Assembly (NCBI GenBank): GCA_038119895.1
Contig: JAYOKR010000001.1
Span: forward strand, 72,853 to 136,852
Reading direction: 5' to 3'
DNA length: 64,000 bases
Source: Flavobacteriaceae bacterium
GTDB taxonomy: Bacteria; Bacteroidota; Bacteroidia; Flavobacteriales; Flavobacteriaceae
The translations under genes and the position numbers were made by a program. This document shows, piece by piece, positions 40,364-49,731 of this stretch. The notes under the pieces are model-generated. The model had not been told where the DNA came from and did no database searches. It saw only the letters and a program-made list of their open reading frames with translations. Position 1 is the first letter of the stretch. Each line of letters starts with the position of its first letter.

Positions 40364-42009
40364 ATGGTAAGTTTTTTTAGAAGCTTCTTTTTAACTCTTA
40401 TATATTTATTAATATTTAAAGAATAGTCAGTGTAATTTTTAAAAATTTTATTAATTAATTTTTTGTGAATTTTTGAATTTTTGATTTTAACAGATTCTAA
40501 CATTTCATAATCTTCAGCACCAATTCTATGAGCCTCAAATCTAAGTGAAGAAAGTGGTCCATTTTTTCCAGGATATATAACATGTGTATCACCAGCAGGA
40601 AGATAATTATTTGAAGAGGCTGCGGGTGATGGGTGCTTTACAACACTTTGTTTGAAAGGATCAGCTTTATATTGATTTAAACCCCAATGCAGATACCCTA
40701 AGGTATTATATTTTGATCCACCCCAACCAAAATATACTTGTCTTAATTTTTCCATATCAAGAGTTCTGTTTAACCATTTGCCTCCTGGAACTAAGCAAGT
40801 GTAGACTAAAATTTTTTCTCCTTTTTTTTCTCTTTCTCTAAAAAAATCTAAATTTTCTTGAAAATCATTAATTATTGGACACCAAATATCAATTGCATCG
40901 CCTAAACTATCTCTTGTATTGGTTGCTTCCATTATCTTAATCTCTGGAAAAATTTCTTTTATTTGCTTGGCAACATCAACATAGCATTGCGCATTAATTG
41001 AGGTTGGTTCATCAGCAATATGTTGGAGCCATTGATTTTTTAAATTATACTTTTCAGTAAAGTCTCTTATTTTGTTTATTATAGAGGCAATTTCATTTTT
41101 ACCCTCATCTGAGTAATACCCCACTTTTTTTAATCTAGTCTTGAGTTCAGGATTCCCCCAATCATCATTGGCTCCTCTATTTAGTAAATGAGGGGATTCA
41201 AAATATTTGAATCCATATTTTCTAAAAATATTTATAAATGAAATCATTTTCTCCTCATCTAATTGGAATTTACCATCATTTAGGTAGATAAGTTCCCCTG
41301 GAATTATAATACAATTTTGTCTTCCCTCTGCCATTACTTTAGCATACTTATCAAGCATAGTATACCAATCATCGGTCCATCTTTTAACACCATGATATTC
41401 TTCCATTTTCCCCAGATTAAACCAATTTGTATAAAAGAAATTACTTTCAGAAAGTCTAGGAATTACATAATCAAAGACATTTACTTTTAGTTTTAAATTA
41501 AATGCCTTTAATCCAATTTTAAATGATAAATTGACGAAATGATTACCTAAATCAATTTGTTCAGGAATAAATATTTTTAAATTTAATAGTGAATATTTTG
41601 TCTCTGCTGTGATATTATTATGAACAGGTTTTAATATTTCAAAAACTCTAAATGGAGCTCGTCTTATCACATGTGGATTTATTAATCCTTTAAATTGTTC
41701 CGTTCTACTATCTAATCCAGTATTTTCCTCAATAGGAACATCTTTTACATTGTTAAACTGTATATTGTTTAAAGTTTCGCTAGATGCATTAAAATCTATT
41801 ATATCTCCTATTTTAGTTTTAATGATAATATTTACATGGCTATAACAGTTACGTGCTGTGTTAACTTTATAGTTTTTTGGATAATTAAATTCATTTTTAT
41901 CAGGATAAACTTCTTTGAGCACATTAGAAAAGCCAATATCTTGAGAATACATTGGTAAAAGCAAAAAAAATAATCCTATTGTGAAATATATTTTCATGTA
42001 AATTTTCAT
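40360..42009 (-). CDS. Secreted DUF4091 / GH123-like glycoside-hydrolase-like protein
   Basis: Signal peptide ..LLLPMYSQ. WLQHIADEP with an adjacent Asp-Glu pair. My recollection is that the overall pattern resembles DUF4091. Not verified by search. Confidence 0.45.
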   Translation of the reverse strand: MKIYMKIYFTIGLFFLLLPMYSQDIGFSNVLKEVYPDKNEFNYPKNYKVNTARNCYSHVNIIIKTKIGDIIDFNASSETLNNIQFNNVKDVPIEENTGLDSRTEQFKGLINPHVIRRAPFRVFEILKPVHNNITAETKYSLLNLKIFIPEQIDLGNHFVNLSFKIGLKAFNLKLKVNVFDYVIPRLSESNFFYTNWFNLGKMEEYHGVKRWTDDWYTMLDKYAKVMAEGRQNCIIIPGELIYLNDGKFQLDEEKMISFINIFRKYGFKYFESPHLLNRGANDDWGNPELKTRLKKVGYYSDEGKNEIASIINKIRDFTEKYNLKNQWLQHIADEPTSINAQCYVDVAKQIKEIFPEIKIMEATNTRDSLGDAIDIWCPIINDFQENLDFFREREKKGEKILVYTCLVPGGKWLNRTLDMEKLRQVYFGWGGSKYNTLGYLHWGLNQYKADPFKQSVVKHPSPAASSNNYLPAGDTHVIYPGKNGPLSSLRFEAHRIGAEDYEMLESVKIKNSKIHKKLINKIFKNYTDYSLNINKYIRVKKKLLKKLTI

Positions 42010-42037
42010 TAATTTAAAAAAATAAATACAGCTAACA

Positions 42038-42640
42038 ATGAAACCAAATTATTTAATACTTTTTCTTACCTCTTTGATTTTTTCATGTAGTGTTCCAACA
42101 GAAACGTTATCGCTTTTCAATGGTAAAAATTTGGATGGTTGGATTATTTATGGAACTGAAAAATGGTATGTGGAAAATGGGGAGTTAATTTGTGAAAGTG
42201 GACCTGATAAAGACTATGGCTATCTAGGAACTAATAAATTTTTTGATGATTTTATCTTAGAGCTAGATTTTAAACAGGAAGATAATGGAAACAGTGGTGT
42301 TTTTTTTAGATCAACTGTCGATGGAGTTAAGGTAAAAGGATGGCAAGTTGAAGTAGCTCCACCTGGATATCATTCTGGTGGTATTTATGAATCCTATGGA
42401 AGAGGATGGCTGATTAAGCCTGATCAATCAAAAGATTCTATTGTTAAAATGGGTGAGTGGAACAAAATGAAAATAAAAGTTTATGGTGATGAAGTCACAA
42501 CCTGGATTAATGAAAATCAGATGATAAAAATTAAAGATTCAATAATTGGATTAGGTAAAGGAGGTGTTGCACTTCAAATTCATGATGGTGGTGGTATAAA
42601 AGTTAAATGGAAGAATATTAATTTGACTAAATTAAATTAA
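42038..42640 (+). CDS. DUF1080 (3-keto-disaccharide hydrolase-like) lipoprotein
   Basis: Lipobox LIFSCS. ..FNGKNLDGW...WYVENGEL...DFILELDFK..NGNSGVFFRS.., 200 aa. Confidence 0.65.
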   Translation: MKPNYLILFLTSLIFSCSVPTETLSLFNGKNLDGWIIYGTEKWYVENGELICESGPDKDYGYLGTNKFFDDFILELDFKQEDNGNSGVFFRSTVDGVKVKGWQVEVAPPGYHSGGIYESYGRGWLIKPDQSKDSIVKMGEWNKMKIKVYGDEVTTWINENQMIKIKDSIIGLGKGGVALQIHDGGGIKVKWKNINLTKLN

Positions 42641-43682
42641 ATACATCTCCTGACGAGTGGTCTTTTGAAGCTCCAGTCACCGATTTTAAACAATTATTTA
42701 AACCTTCATTTTTTAGCTTACCAAGTAAGGCGAATATTAATGCTTCTTTATAATCAACTATCTCTTTTTGTGGAATATGAATCTTTAATTTTTCCTTTTT
42801 GAGACAATTAATTAGAGTTTTATTATAAGCCCCTCCACCTGTTATCAATATTTTATTTTCAGTATCAACGTTCTTTTTTATTTGATACGCAACATGATGT
42901 ATATAGGTATTTAAAATATCTTTAATTTCAATTTTATAATTTTCAATTATTGGAAAAATATTTTTGTTTACAAATTCAATTCCAAGTGACTTTGGAAGTT
43001 TTTTTTCGTAATATGAAATTGAATTTAAATGGTTCAATAATTTCTTGTTTATACTTCCATCTTTTGAAAAGTTTCCATCCATGTCAAATTCTGTTCCTAT
43101 AATTTTACAGTAGTGATTTAAAACAGTATTCATTGGACATACGTCAAAAGCATAAATGTTTTTCTCATTTTTAAATGAAATATTAGCAAAACCTCCCAAG
43201 TTTAAGCAATATTTAAAATCTTCAAATAAATACATATCTCCAATTGGGACTAGTGGTGCACCTTGACCACCTAAAGCAACATCTTGAGCTCTAAAATTAT
43301 TTATAGTTTTAATTCCAGTTAATTTATTTATTGTTTTTCCATCACCTATTTGAAGTGTTTTACCAATATCTGGTTCATGAAATATAGTATGACCGTGAGA
43401 TGAAATAATATCAATATTTTTAAGATTATATTCTTTAATAAAATTATTTGTAGCATTTCCAAAAATAACTCCCAATTCAATATTAAGGCTTGAAATTTCC
43501 TCATTGCTTAGATAAATAGAATTTTTCAATTTATTTATTAATTGTTCATTATAAGAAATTGTCTTACAGTTGATAATTTCAAATTTTTGAAGTTGTTCTT
43601 CTTCAAACCTTACTGCACATATATCTAAACCATCTAAGGATGTGCCACTCATTAAACCAATAATATTAGTGAATTTGGACAT
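42627..43682 (-). CDS. anmK: Anhydro-N-acetylmuramic acid kinase
   Basis: IIGLMSGTSLDGLDI N-terminal motif, 351 aa. Confidence 0.85.
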   Translation of the reverse strand: MSKFTNIIGLMSGTSLDGLDICAVRFEEEQLQKFEIINCKTISYNEQLINKLKNSIYLSNEEISSLNIELGVIFGNATNNFIKEYNLKNIDIISSHGHTIFHEPDIGKTLQIGDGKTINKLTGIKTINNFRAQDVALGGQGAPLVPIGDMYLFEDFKYCLNLGGFANISFKNEKNIYAFDVCPMNTVLNHYCKIIGTEFDMDGNFSKDGSINKKLLNHLNSISYYEKKLPKSLGIEFVNKNIFPIIENYKIEIKDILNTYIHHVAYQIKKNVDTENKILITGGGAYNKTLINCLKKEKLKIHIPQKEIVDYKEALIFALLGKLKNEGLNNCLKSVTGASKDHSSGDVFNLI

Positions 43683-43711
43683 GAGTGAAAGTTATTAAAT
43701 TAAATTATACT

Positions 43712-44371
43712 CTATTCAGAAATGAGTTTAGAAATGGTATTTGTTGGATTTTTAGAATTAAAAACTGTGCTACCTGCAACTAAAACATTAGCACCTAAAT
43801 CAAATAATTTATTTGAGTTTCTTAGAGTTACACCCCCATCAACTTCAATCAACGCCTTTGATGCAGAGTTAATAATAAGATTTTTAAGTTCAGCAACTTT
43901 ATCAAAGGTATTTTCAATAAATTGTTGTCCTCCAAATCCAGGGTTAACACTCATTAAACATACTAGGTCAATATCACTTATTATAGAACTTAGTGAGGAT
44001 ACCGGTGTATGTGGATTTAATGCTACTCCAGCTTTAATACCTAAATTTTTAATTTTTTGAATGTTTCTATGAAGATGTGTAGAAGCCTCAATATGAACTG
44101 TAATTAAATCACTTCCTAAATCAGCAAATTTTTGAATGTAGTTCTCTGGATTAACAATCATTAAGTGAACGTCTAGTGGTTTTTTAGCTTTTTGCTGAAA
44201 AATTTTCATAATTGGTGTTCCAAAAGAAATGTTTGGAACAAAAACTCCATCCATCACATCAATGTGAAACCATTGAGCTTTACTGTCGTTAACTAATGAA
44301 ATTTCCTCTTCAAGCTTACCAAAATTACAAGCAAGCATTGAGGGAGCTATAATTCTTGAACTACTATCCAA
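43712..44371 (-). CDS. rpe: Ribulose-phosphate 3-epimerase
   Basis: [27 protein letters not shown] and VDGG motifs. The TTG start overlaps the rpoD 3' end by 8 nt. Confidence 0.9.
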   Translation of the reverse strand: MDSSSRIIAPSMLACNFGKLEEEISLVNDSKAQWFHIDVMDGVFVPNISFGTPIMKIFQQKAKKPLDVHLMIVNPENYIQKFADLGSDLITVHIEASTHLHRNIQKIKNLGIKAGVALNPHTPVSSLSSIISDIDLVCLMSVNPGFGGQQFIENTFDKVAELKNLIINSASKALIEVDGGVTLRNSNKLFDLGANVLVAGSTVFNSKNPTNTISKLISE

Positions 44372-45227
44372 GGTATGTTTTTAGGATTTTACTTCTAGAA
44401 GCATGTTTAAGTCTTCTGATTGCCTTTTCTTTAATTTGCCGTACTCTTTCACGTGTTAAATCAAATGTTTCACCAATTTCTTCAAGTGTCATTGCATGTT
44501 GCTCTGATAAACCAAAATATAATTTAACTACATCAGCTTCTCTAGGTGTAAGTGTTTCTAGTGCTCTCTCTATTTCAGTTTTTAGTGATTCGTGCAAAAG
44601 TTTTTTATCAGGATTAGGTGATTCTCCACTATTAAGTACATCATACAAGTTAGAATCTTCACCTTCAACTAGTGGGGCATCCATTGAAACATGTCTTCCT
44701 GAATTTTTCATAGATTCTTTAACATCAGACACAGTCATGTCTAATTCTTTGGCAATTTCTTCTGCTGAAGGCACACGTTCATTGGCTTGCTCAAGAAAAG
44801 CATACATTTTATTAATTTTATTGATAGATCCAATTTTATTTAAGGGTAGTCTAACAATCCTAGATTGTTCAGCCAATGCTTGAAGAATTGACTGTCGAAT
44901 CCACCAAACAGCATATGAAATAAATTTGAAACCTCGAGTTTCGTCAAATCTTCTCGCTGCTTTTATAAGCCCTAAATTTCCTTCGTTTATTAAATCAGGA
45001 AGCGTTAAACCTTGATTTTGATATTGCTTAGCTACTGAAACAACAAATCGTAAGTTTGCCTTTGTAAGTTTCTCTAGAGCAATCTCATCACCATCTTTAA
45101 TTCTTTGAGCTAATTCTACCTCTTCTTCAGCGGTAATTAAATCAACTTTTCCAATTTCTTGTAAATATTTATCAAGTGAAGCAGTTTCCCGATTAGTAAC
45201 CTGCTTAGTTATTTTAAGCTGTCTCAT
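44364..45227 (-). CDS. rpoD: RNA polymerase primary sigma factor (sigma-A/RpoD, short Bacteroidota type)
   Basis: Region 2 [11 protein letters not shown] and region 4.2 [13 protein letters not shown], 287 aa. Confidence 0.9.
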   Translation of the reverse strand: MRQLKITKQVTNRETASLDKYLQEIGKVDLITAEEEVELAQRIKDGDEIALEKLTKANLRFVVSVAKQYQNQGLTLPDLINEGNLGLIKAARRFDETRGFKFISYAVWWIRQSILQALAEQSRIVRLPLNKIGSINKINKMYAFLEQANERVPSAEEIAKELDMTVSDVKESMKNSGRHVSMDAPLVEGEDSNLYDVLNSGESPNPDKKLLHESLKTEIERALETLTPREADVVKLYFGLSEQHAMTLEEIGETFDLTRERVRQIKEKAIRRLKHASRSKILKTYLG

Positions 45228-45274
45228 TAAATTCTTTTAATACTTATACGATTAATATTAAAAAAGGTTTCACT

Positions 45275-47392
45275 TTATTCCTTTTTTTTTGGTCTTTCAA
45301 GCAAAATTTTTCTTGAAACTTTTTGTTTTTTAGTTTTTGGATCAATCCCCATGTATTTTACTCTTACAGTATCTCCTATCTTTAAATGTTTTTCAACATT
45401 TTCAACCCTTTCCCATGCTATTTCTGAAATGTGGAGTAAAACCTCTTTGCCAGGTCTGAATTCTACAACCGCTCCAAATTCCAGAATTTTTATAACCGTT
45501 ACATCATATTCTTTTCCATTTTCAGGTTTGAAGGTGATATCATTTATTTTTTCAATAACTGAATCAATCATTTCCTGATTAGTTCCTAAAATTTCAATAA
45601 TTCCTTTCTCATCTTGTTCTTCTATTACAATTGTAGTTCCAGTTTCTTTTTGCATCTCTTGAATTACTTTTCCTCCAGGTCCAATTACTGCTCCTATATA
45701 GTCACCGTCTATTGTGACTTTTACCATTTTTGGAGCATGTGCTTTAACAGATTCAGCTGGCTTTTCAATCGTATCAGTTAATTTTTCAAGAATTTCTAAT
45801 CTCCCAACTCTAGCTTGATCAAGAGCTTTGACTAAAATTTCATATGAAAGGCCTTTAATCTTAATGTCCATCTGACAAGCTGTAATACCATCTTCAGTTC
45901 CAGTTACTTTAAAATCCATATCACCTAAATGATCTTCATCTCCTAGAATATCTGAGAGAACAGAATATCTTTCACCATCCGAAATTAATCCCATAGCTAT
46001 TCCTGATACTGGTTTGCTAATTTTTACACCTGCATCCATCAAAGCCATTGTTCCTGAACAGACAGTTGCCATTGAGGATGAACCATTAGATTCAAGAACT
46101 TCAGAAACCACTCTAACAGTATATGGACAATCTTTTGGAAATACTTTACTTAATGCTCTCTGAGCCAAATTTCCATGACCAATTTCTCTTCTAGATGTTC
46201 CTCTCAGAGGTCTAGCCTCACCGGTAGAAAATGGAGGAAAGTTATAGTGTAAATAAAAATTTTCTTCACCCTGATGAGTTGGAGAATCAATAATATTTGC
46301 ATCTCTTGAGGAACCTAAAGTTACAGTAGCTAGTGCTTGAGTTTCTCCTCTGGTAAAAATTGAAGACCCATGTGTAGATGGCAAATAATCAACTTCGCAC
46401 CAAATTGGTCTGATATCAGTAGTTTTTCTACCATCAAGCCTCAAACCTTCATTTAATATAAGTTCTCTTATTGCCTCTTTCTCAACTTTATAGAAATACT
46501 TTAAAATTAAACTTTCATTTTCCTCAAGTTCTTCTTCGCTAAATTTACTCAATAGGGTTTCTTTTATCTCAGAAAACTTTAATGCTCTTTCTTTTTTGTC
46601 AAGTCCTTTTTTAGCTACTTGGTAGCAATTTTCATAACATTCATCATGAACCTTTCTTAATATATCCTCATTATCAATTGCAGATTCATATTCTCTGGTT
46701 TCTTTTTTTCCAATTTCATTGACCAATTCTTTTTGAGCATCAATTTGTGTTTTAATCGCCTCATGTCCATATTTAATGGCCTCAGTCATTTCATTTTCGC
46801 TGATTTCATCAAATTCCCCTTCAACCATTGAAACAGAATCGTAACTAGCCCCAACCATTATATCTATATCAGAATTATCTAATTGATTTCTACTTGGGTT
46901 AATAATAAACTCACCATCAATTCTAGCTACACGAACTTCAGAAATAGGGTATTCAAATGGAATATCAGAAAGTTGAATTACAGTTGAAGCAGCTAGTCCT
47001 GCAAGTGAATCAGGCATTACATCATCGTCATGTGACATTAGTTGAATCATTACCTGAGTTTCATGATGGTAATCTTTAGGAAATAAAGGTCTTAGAACTC
47101 TGTCAACTAATCTCATAGTAAGTATTTCATCATCAGAAGGTCTAGCCTCTCTTTTGAAAAATCCACCAGGAAATTTTCCAGCAGCTGCAAATTTTTCACG
47201 GTAATCAACGGTCAGTGGTAAAAAATCAACAGGGCTAGGAGTTTGAGAGGATACAACAGTGGCTAATAGCATTGCGTTACCCATCTGAATAACAGCAGAT
47301 CCATCTGCTTGTTTTGCTAATTTCCCTGTTTCAATTGAAATAACTCTACCATCAGGCAATGAAATTTCTTTTCTATAAATTTTTGTACTCAT
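45275..47392 (-). CDS. pnp: Polyribonucleotide nucleotidyltransferase (PNPase)
   Basis: Two RNase PH domains, KH (IGPGGKVI) and a C-terminal S1 domain, 705 aa. Lies downstream of rpsO as in most bacteria. Confidence 0.95.
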   Translation of the reverse strand: MSTKIYRKEISLPDGRVISIETGKLAKQADGSAVIQMGNAMLLATVVSSQTPSPVDFLPLTVDYREKFAAAGKFPGGFFKREARPSDDEILTMRLVDRVLRPLFPKDYHHETQVMIQLMSHDDDVMPDSLAGLAASTVIQLSDIPFEYPISEVRVARIDGEFIINPSRNQLDNSDIDIMVGASYDSVSMVEGEFDEISENEMTEAIKYGHEAIKTQIDAQKELVNEIGKKETREYESAIDNEDILRKVHDECYENCYQVAKKGLDKKERALKFSEIKETLLSKFSEEELEENESLILKYFYKVEKEAIRELILNEGLRLDGRKTTDIRPIWCEVDYLPSTHGSSIFTRGETQALATVTLGSSRDANIIDSPTHQGEENFYLHYNFPPFSTGEARPLRGTSRREIGHGNLAQRALSKVFPKDCPYTVRVVSEVLESNGSSSMATVCSGTMALMDAGVKISKPVSGIAMGLISDGERYSVLSDILGDEDHLGDMDFKVTGTEDGITACQMDIKIKGLSYEILVKALDQARVGRLEILEKLTDTIEKPAESVKAHAPKMVKVTIDGDYIGAVIGPGGKVIQEMQKETGTTIVIEEQDEKGIIEILGTNQEMIDSVIEKINDITFKPENGKEYDVTVIKILEFGAVVEFRPGKEVLLHISEIAWERVENVEKHLKIGDTVRVKYMGIDPKTKKQKVSRKILLERPKKKE

Positions 47393-47394
47393 TT

Positions 47395-47438
47395 GTTTTC
47401 ATTAATTAATTGTTGTGTGAGTAGCAACCAATGAAAAC
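47395..47438 (-). promoter_or_regulatory. Stem-loop filling the rpsO-pnp spacer
   Basis: On the transcript, GUUUUCAUU (47438-47430) pairs with AAUGAAAAC (47403-47395). The stem extends by 5 more pairs (2 A-U, 3 G-U). There is no U-tract after it, and it ends 2 nt before the pnp AUG. Confidence 0.55.
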
Positions 47439-47441
47439 TTA

Positions 47442-47711
47442 TTACTTTCTAAGTGATAATTTTTTAATTATAGCCCTATATCTGTTGATATCTTTATTTT
47501 TTAAATAAGATAGAAGGCTTTTTCTTTTTCCAACCATTTTTAAAAGTGATCTTTCTGTATTGTAATCCTTCTTATTCGATTTAAGGTGATTTGTTAGATG
47601 ATTTATTCTTGTAGTGAATAAAGCAATTTGACCCTCAATTGAACCGGTATCTTTTTCAGAACTACCATTGTCTTTAAAAATGTCTTGAATTTTTTCTTTA
47701 GTTAAATACAT
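47442..47711 (-). CDS. rpsO: 30S ribosomal protein S15
   Basis: 89 aa. ..[22 protein letters not shown].. Confidence 0.95.
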   Translation of the reverse strand: MYLTKEKIQDIFKDNGSSEKDTGSIEGQIALFTTRINHLTNHLKSNKKDYNTERSLLKMVGKRKSLLSYLKNKDINRYRAIIKKLSLRK

Positions 47712-47729
47712 TTAAAATATTTTGTGGCG

Positions 47730-47737
47730 CAAATATA
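47730..47737 (-). promoter_or_regulatory. Candidate -7 box (TATATTTG on the minus strand) for rpsO
   Basis: Plus-strand CAAATATA lies 18 nt upstream of the rpsO ATG at 47711. Confidence 0.5.
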
Positions 47738-47753
47738 GTATAATTTTTTAAAG

Positions 47754-48617
47754 TCAATCACTATAATTTCGAAGAGGTCTATTAAGAATTAAATCTAGGT
47801 AAAAATTAATCTTTTCTTTCAAATTGTTTCTGTGACTAATAAAGTCAACAAAACCATGTTCCAGTAAAAATTCAGATCTTTGAAAACCTTCAGGAAGGTC
47901 TTGACCAGTAGTGTCTTTGACAACACGTGGACCAGCAAATCCAATTAAAGCACCAGGTTCTGAAATAATAATATCTCCCAACATTGCAAAAGATGCTGTT
48001 GTTCCACCAGTTGTGGGATCTGTACATAGAGATATATATGGTATTTTATTATTAGATAATTCTAAAAGTTTAGCAGAAGTTTTCGCCATTTGCATTAGTG
48101 AAAAAGCTCCTTCCATCATTCTTGCTCCACCAGATTTTGAAATAATTAAAAGAGGGGATTTAGTTTTTATTGAATGATCAATTGCTCTAGAGATTTTTTC
48201 GCCAACAACGGATCCCATGGATCCTCCTATGTAACTGAAATTCATAGAAGCAATAGTTAAGGGTTTTGAACAAGAGTTCCCATATGCAACAGAAATTGCC
48301 TCAGAAAGTCCAGTCTTTTTGTTTGCTTCTTTAACTCGTTCTGGATAGGTTTTTGTATCAGTAAACTTTAATGGATCAGATGCTTTTAGATTATTAAACA
48401 ATATTTCATAATCAGAATCAAATAATAAATTAAAATACTCGCTAGATTCAATTCTCATGTGAAAATTATCTTCAGGAGATACAAAATTGTTCTTTACTAA
48501 TTCATCATTATCAACAATTTTTCCTGTTGGGGTCTTATGCCAAAGACCATCTGGGGTATCCTTTTTGTCTTTTGTATTTGTTACAATTCCTTTCCTTGTT
48601 CTTTTAAACCAAGCCAT
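47754..48617 (-). CDS. accD: Acetyl-CoA carboxylase carboxyltransferase beta subunit
   Basis: [24 protein letters not shown] and GFAGPRV motifs. In the N-terminal region homologous to the zinc ribbon, all four Cys are replaced. Confidence 0.9.
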   Translation of the reverse strand: MAWFKRTRKGIVTNTKDKKDTPDGLWHKTPTGKIVDNDELVKNNFVSPEDNFHMRIESSEYFNLLFDSDYEILFNNLKASDPLKFTDTKTYPERVKEANKKTGLSEAISVAYGNSCSKPLTIASMNFSYIGGSMGSVVGEKISRAIDHSIKTKSPLLIISKSGGARMMEGAFSLMQMAKTSAKLLELSNNKIPYISLCTDPTTGGTTASFAMLGDIIISEPGALIGFAGPRVVKDTTGQDLPEGFQRSEFLLEHGFVDFISHRNNLKEKINFYLDLILNRPLRNYSD

Positions 48618-48639
48618 AATTTAAATTAAAACTAAAAAA

Positions 48640-49689
48640 TTATAATGTATTTACATTATTTAGGTCTTTAAAAGCTTGTTCAAGTCTAGTTACGAAATAT
48701 TCCTCACCTTTTCTTAACCAAACTCTAGGGTCATAGAATTTCTTGTTAGGAATATCATCTCCATCAGGATTTCCAATTTGCTTTTTAAGATATTCAGCAT
48801 TTGAAGTAAAATAATCTCTAACTCCTGACATAAAAGCATATTGCATATCGGTATCAATATTCATCTTGACAGCTCCATATGAAATAGCTTCCCTAATTTC
48901 TTCTAATGTAGAACCAGATCCGCCATGAAAAACAAAATTAACAGTATTTTCAGCTACATTGAATTTTTTAGAAATATAATCTTGGGAATTTTTTAAAATT
49001 TTAGGTGTTAGTTTGACATTCCCAGGCTTGTAAACACCGTGAACATTTCCAAATGCAGCTGCAATGGTAAATTTATCACTTACATCAGACAATTGTTTAT
49101 AAGCATAAGCAACTTCTTCAGGTTGTGTATATAATTTAGAACTATCAATATCAGTATTGTCAACTCCATCTTCCTCACCACCTGTGACACCTAATTCTAT
49201 TTCAAGCGTCATTCCAATTTTAGACATTCTCTCTAAATATTTTTTACAAGTAGATATATTTTCTTTAATGTCTTCCTCAGAAAGATCAATCATATGAGAA
49301 CTAAAAAGTGGTTTTCCACTTTTTTCATAATGTTTTTCGCTTTCAGAGATCAAACCATCAATCCATGGTAAAAGTTTTTTTGCAGCATGATCGGTGTGTA
49401 ATAGTACTGTAGCATTATAATCTTTTGAAAGTTCATGTACATGTTTTGCTCCGGCAATTGATCCTTTTATAGATGCAATTTGGTTTGTATTTGCTAATCC
49501 TTTTCCAGCATTAAAACTTCCACCTCCGTTTGAAAATTGAATGATAACTGGAGCATTTAATTTTGCAGCAGTTTCTAAAGTTGCATTGATTGAAGATGAT
49601 CCGATTACATTAACTGCTGGTAAGGCAAATTTCTTTTTTTTTGCAAGCTCAAAAATTTCTTGAACTTCATTCCCTGTAAGTATACTCAT
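48640..49689 (-). CDS. fbaA: Class II fructose-bisphosphate aldolase
   Basis: LHTDHAAK, GNVHG and FVFHGGSG metal and substrate motifs, 349 aa. Confidence 0.9.
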   Translation of the reverse strand: MSILTGNEVQEIFELAKKKKFALPAVNVIGSSSINATLETAAKLNAPVIIQFSNGGGSFNAGKGLANTNQIASIKGSIAGAKHVHELSKDYNATVLLHTDHAAKKLLPWIDGLISESEKHYEKSGKPLFSSHMIDLSEEDIKENISTCKKYLERMSKIGMTLEIELGVTGGEEDGVDNTDIDSSKLYTQPEEVAYAYKQLSDVSDKFTIAAAFGNVHGVYKPGNVKLTPKILKNSQDYISKKFNVAENTVNFVFHGGSGSTLEEIREAISYGAVKMNIDTDMQYAFMSGVRDYFTSNAEYLKKQIGNPDGDDIPNKKFYDPRVWLRKGEEYFVTRLEQAFKDLNNVNTL

Positions 49690-49707
49690 TTAGTAAAAAT
49701 TGTTGGG

Positions 49708-49715
49708 CAAAATTA
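49708..49715 (-). promoter_or_regulatory. Candidate -7 box (TAATTTTG on the minus strand) for fba-accD
   Basis: Plus-strand CAAAATTA lies 18 nt upstream of the fba ATG at 49689. Confidence 0.5.
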
Positions 49716-49731
49716 AGAAGAAAAAAAGAAG

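Noticed and set aside
35318-42009. Possible genomic island integrated at tRNA-Arg (the accessory-looking hydrolase/MATE operon next to a tRNA).
   Set aside because: There is no integrase, transposase or phage gene. I saw no direct repeat of the tRNA 3' end at the far boundary. Composition and codon style look the same as the flanking core genes.
41986-42009. Tandem duplication at the 5' end of the DUF4091-like gene (ATGAAAATTTAC ATGAAAATATAT, giving MKIYMKIY).
   Set aside because: This is a small duplication within a signal-peptide n-region. It only creates ambiguity between two in-frame ATGs (42009 and 41997) and has no further structure.
44356-44883. Long ORFs antisense to real genes: 175 aa opposite rpoD, 152 aa at 20190-20648 opposite mraZ/rsmH, 138 aa at 32246-32662 opposite ftsA, 136 aa at 51743-52153 opposite the tamL-like gene, 112 aa at 43722-44060 opposite rpe and 106 aa at 19060-19380 opposite the hydrolase.
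   Set aside because: Every one lies entirely within a confidently identified gene on the other strand. Their translations are low-complexity (Ser/Leu/Phe/Ile-rich) with no recognisable motif, which is typical of shadow ORFs from codon bias. There is no independent promoter or start context.
44364-49689. Block with visibly higher GC and less Asn/Lys/Ile bias than its surroundings.
   Set aside because: It corresponds to highly expressed, highly conserved genes (rpoD, pnp, rpsO, accD, fba). Selection on protein sequence and codon usage explains the pattern better than horizontal transfer.
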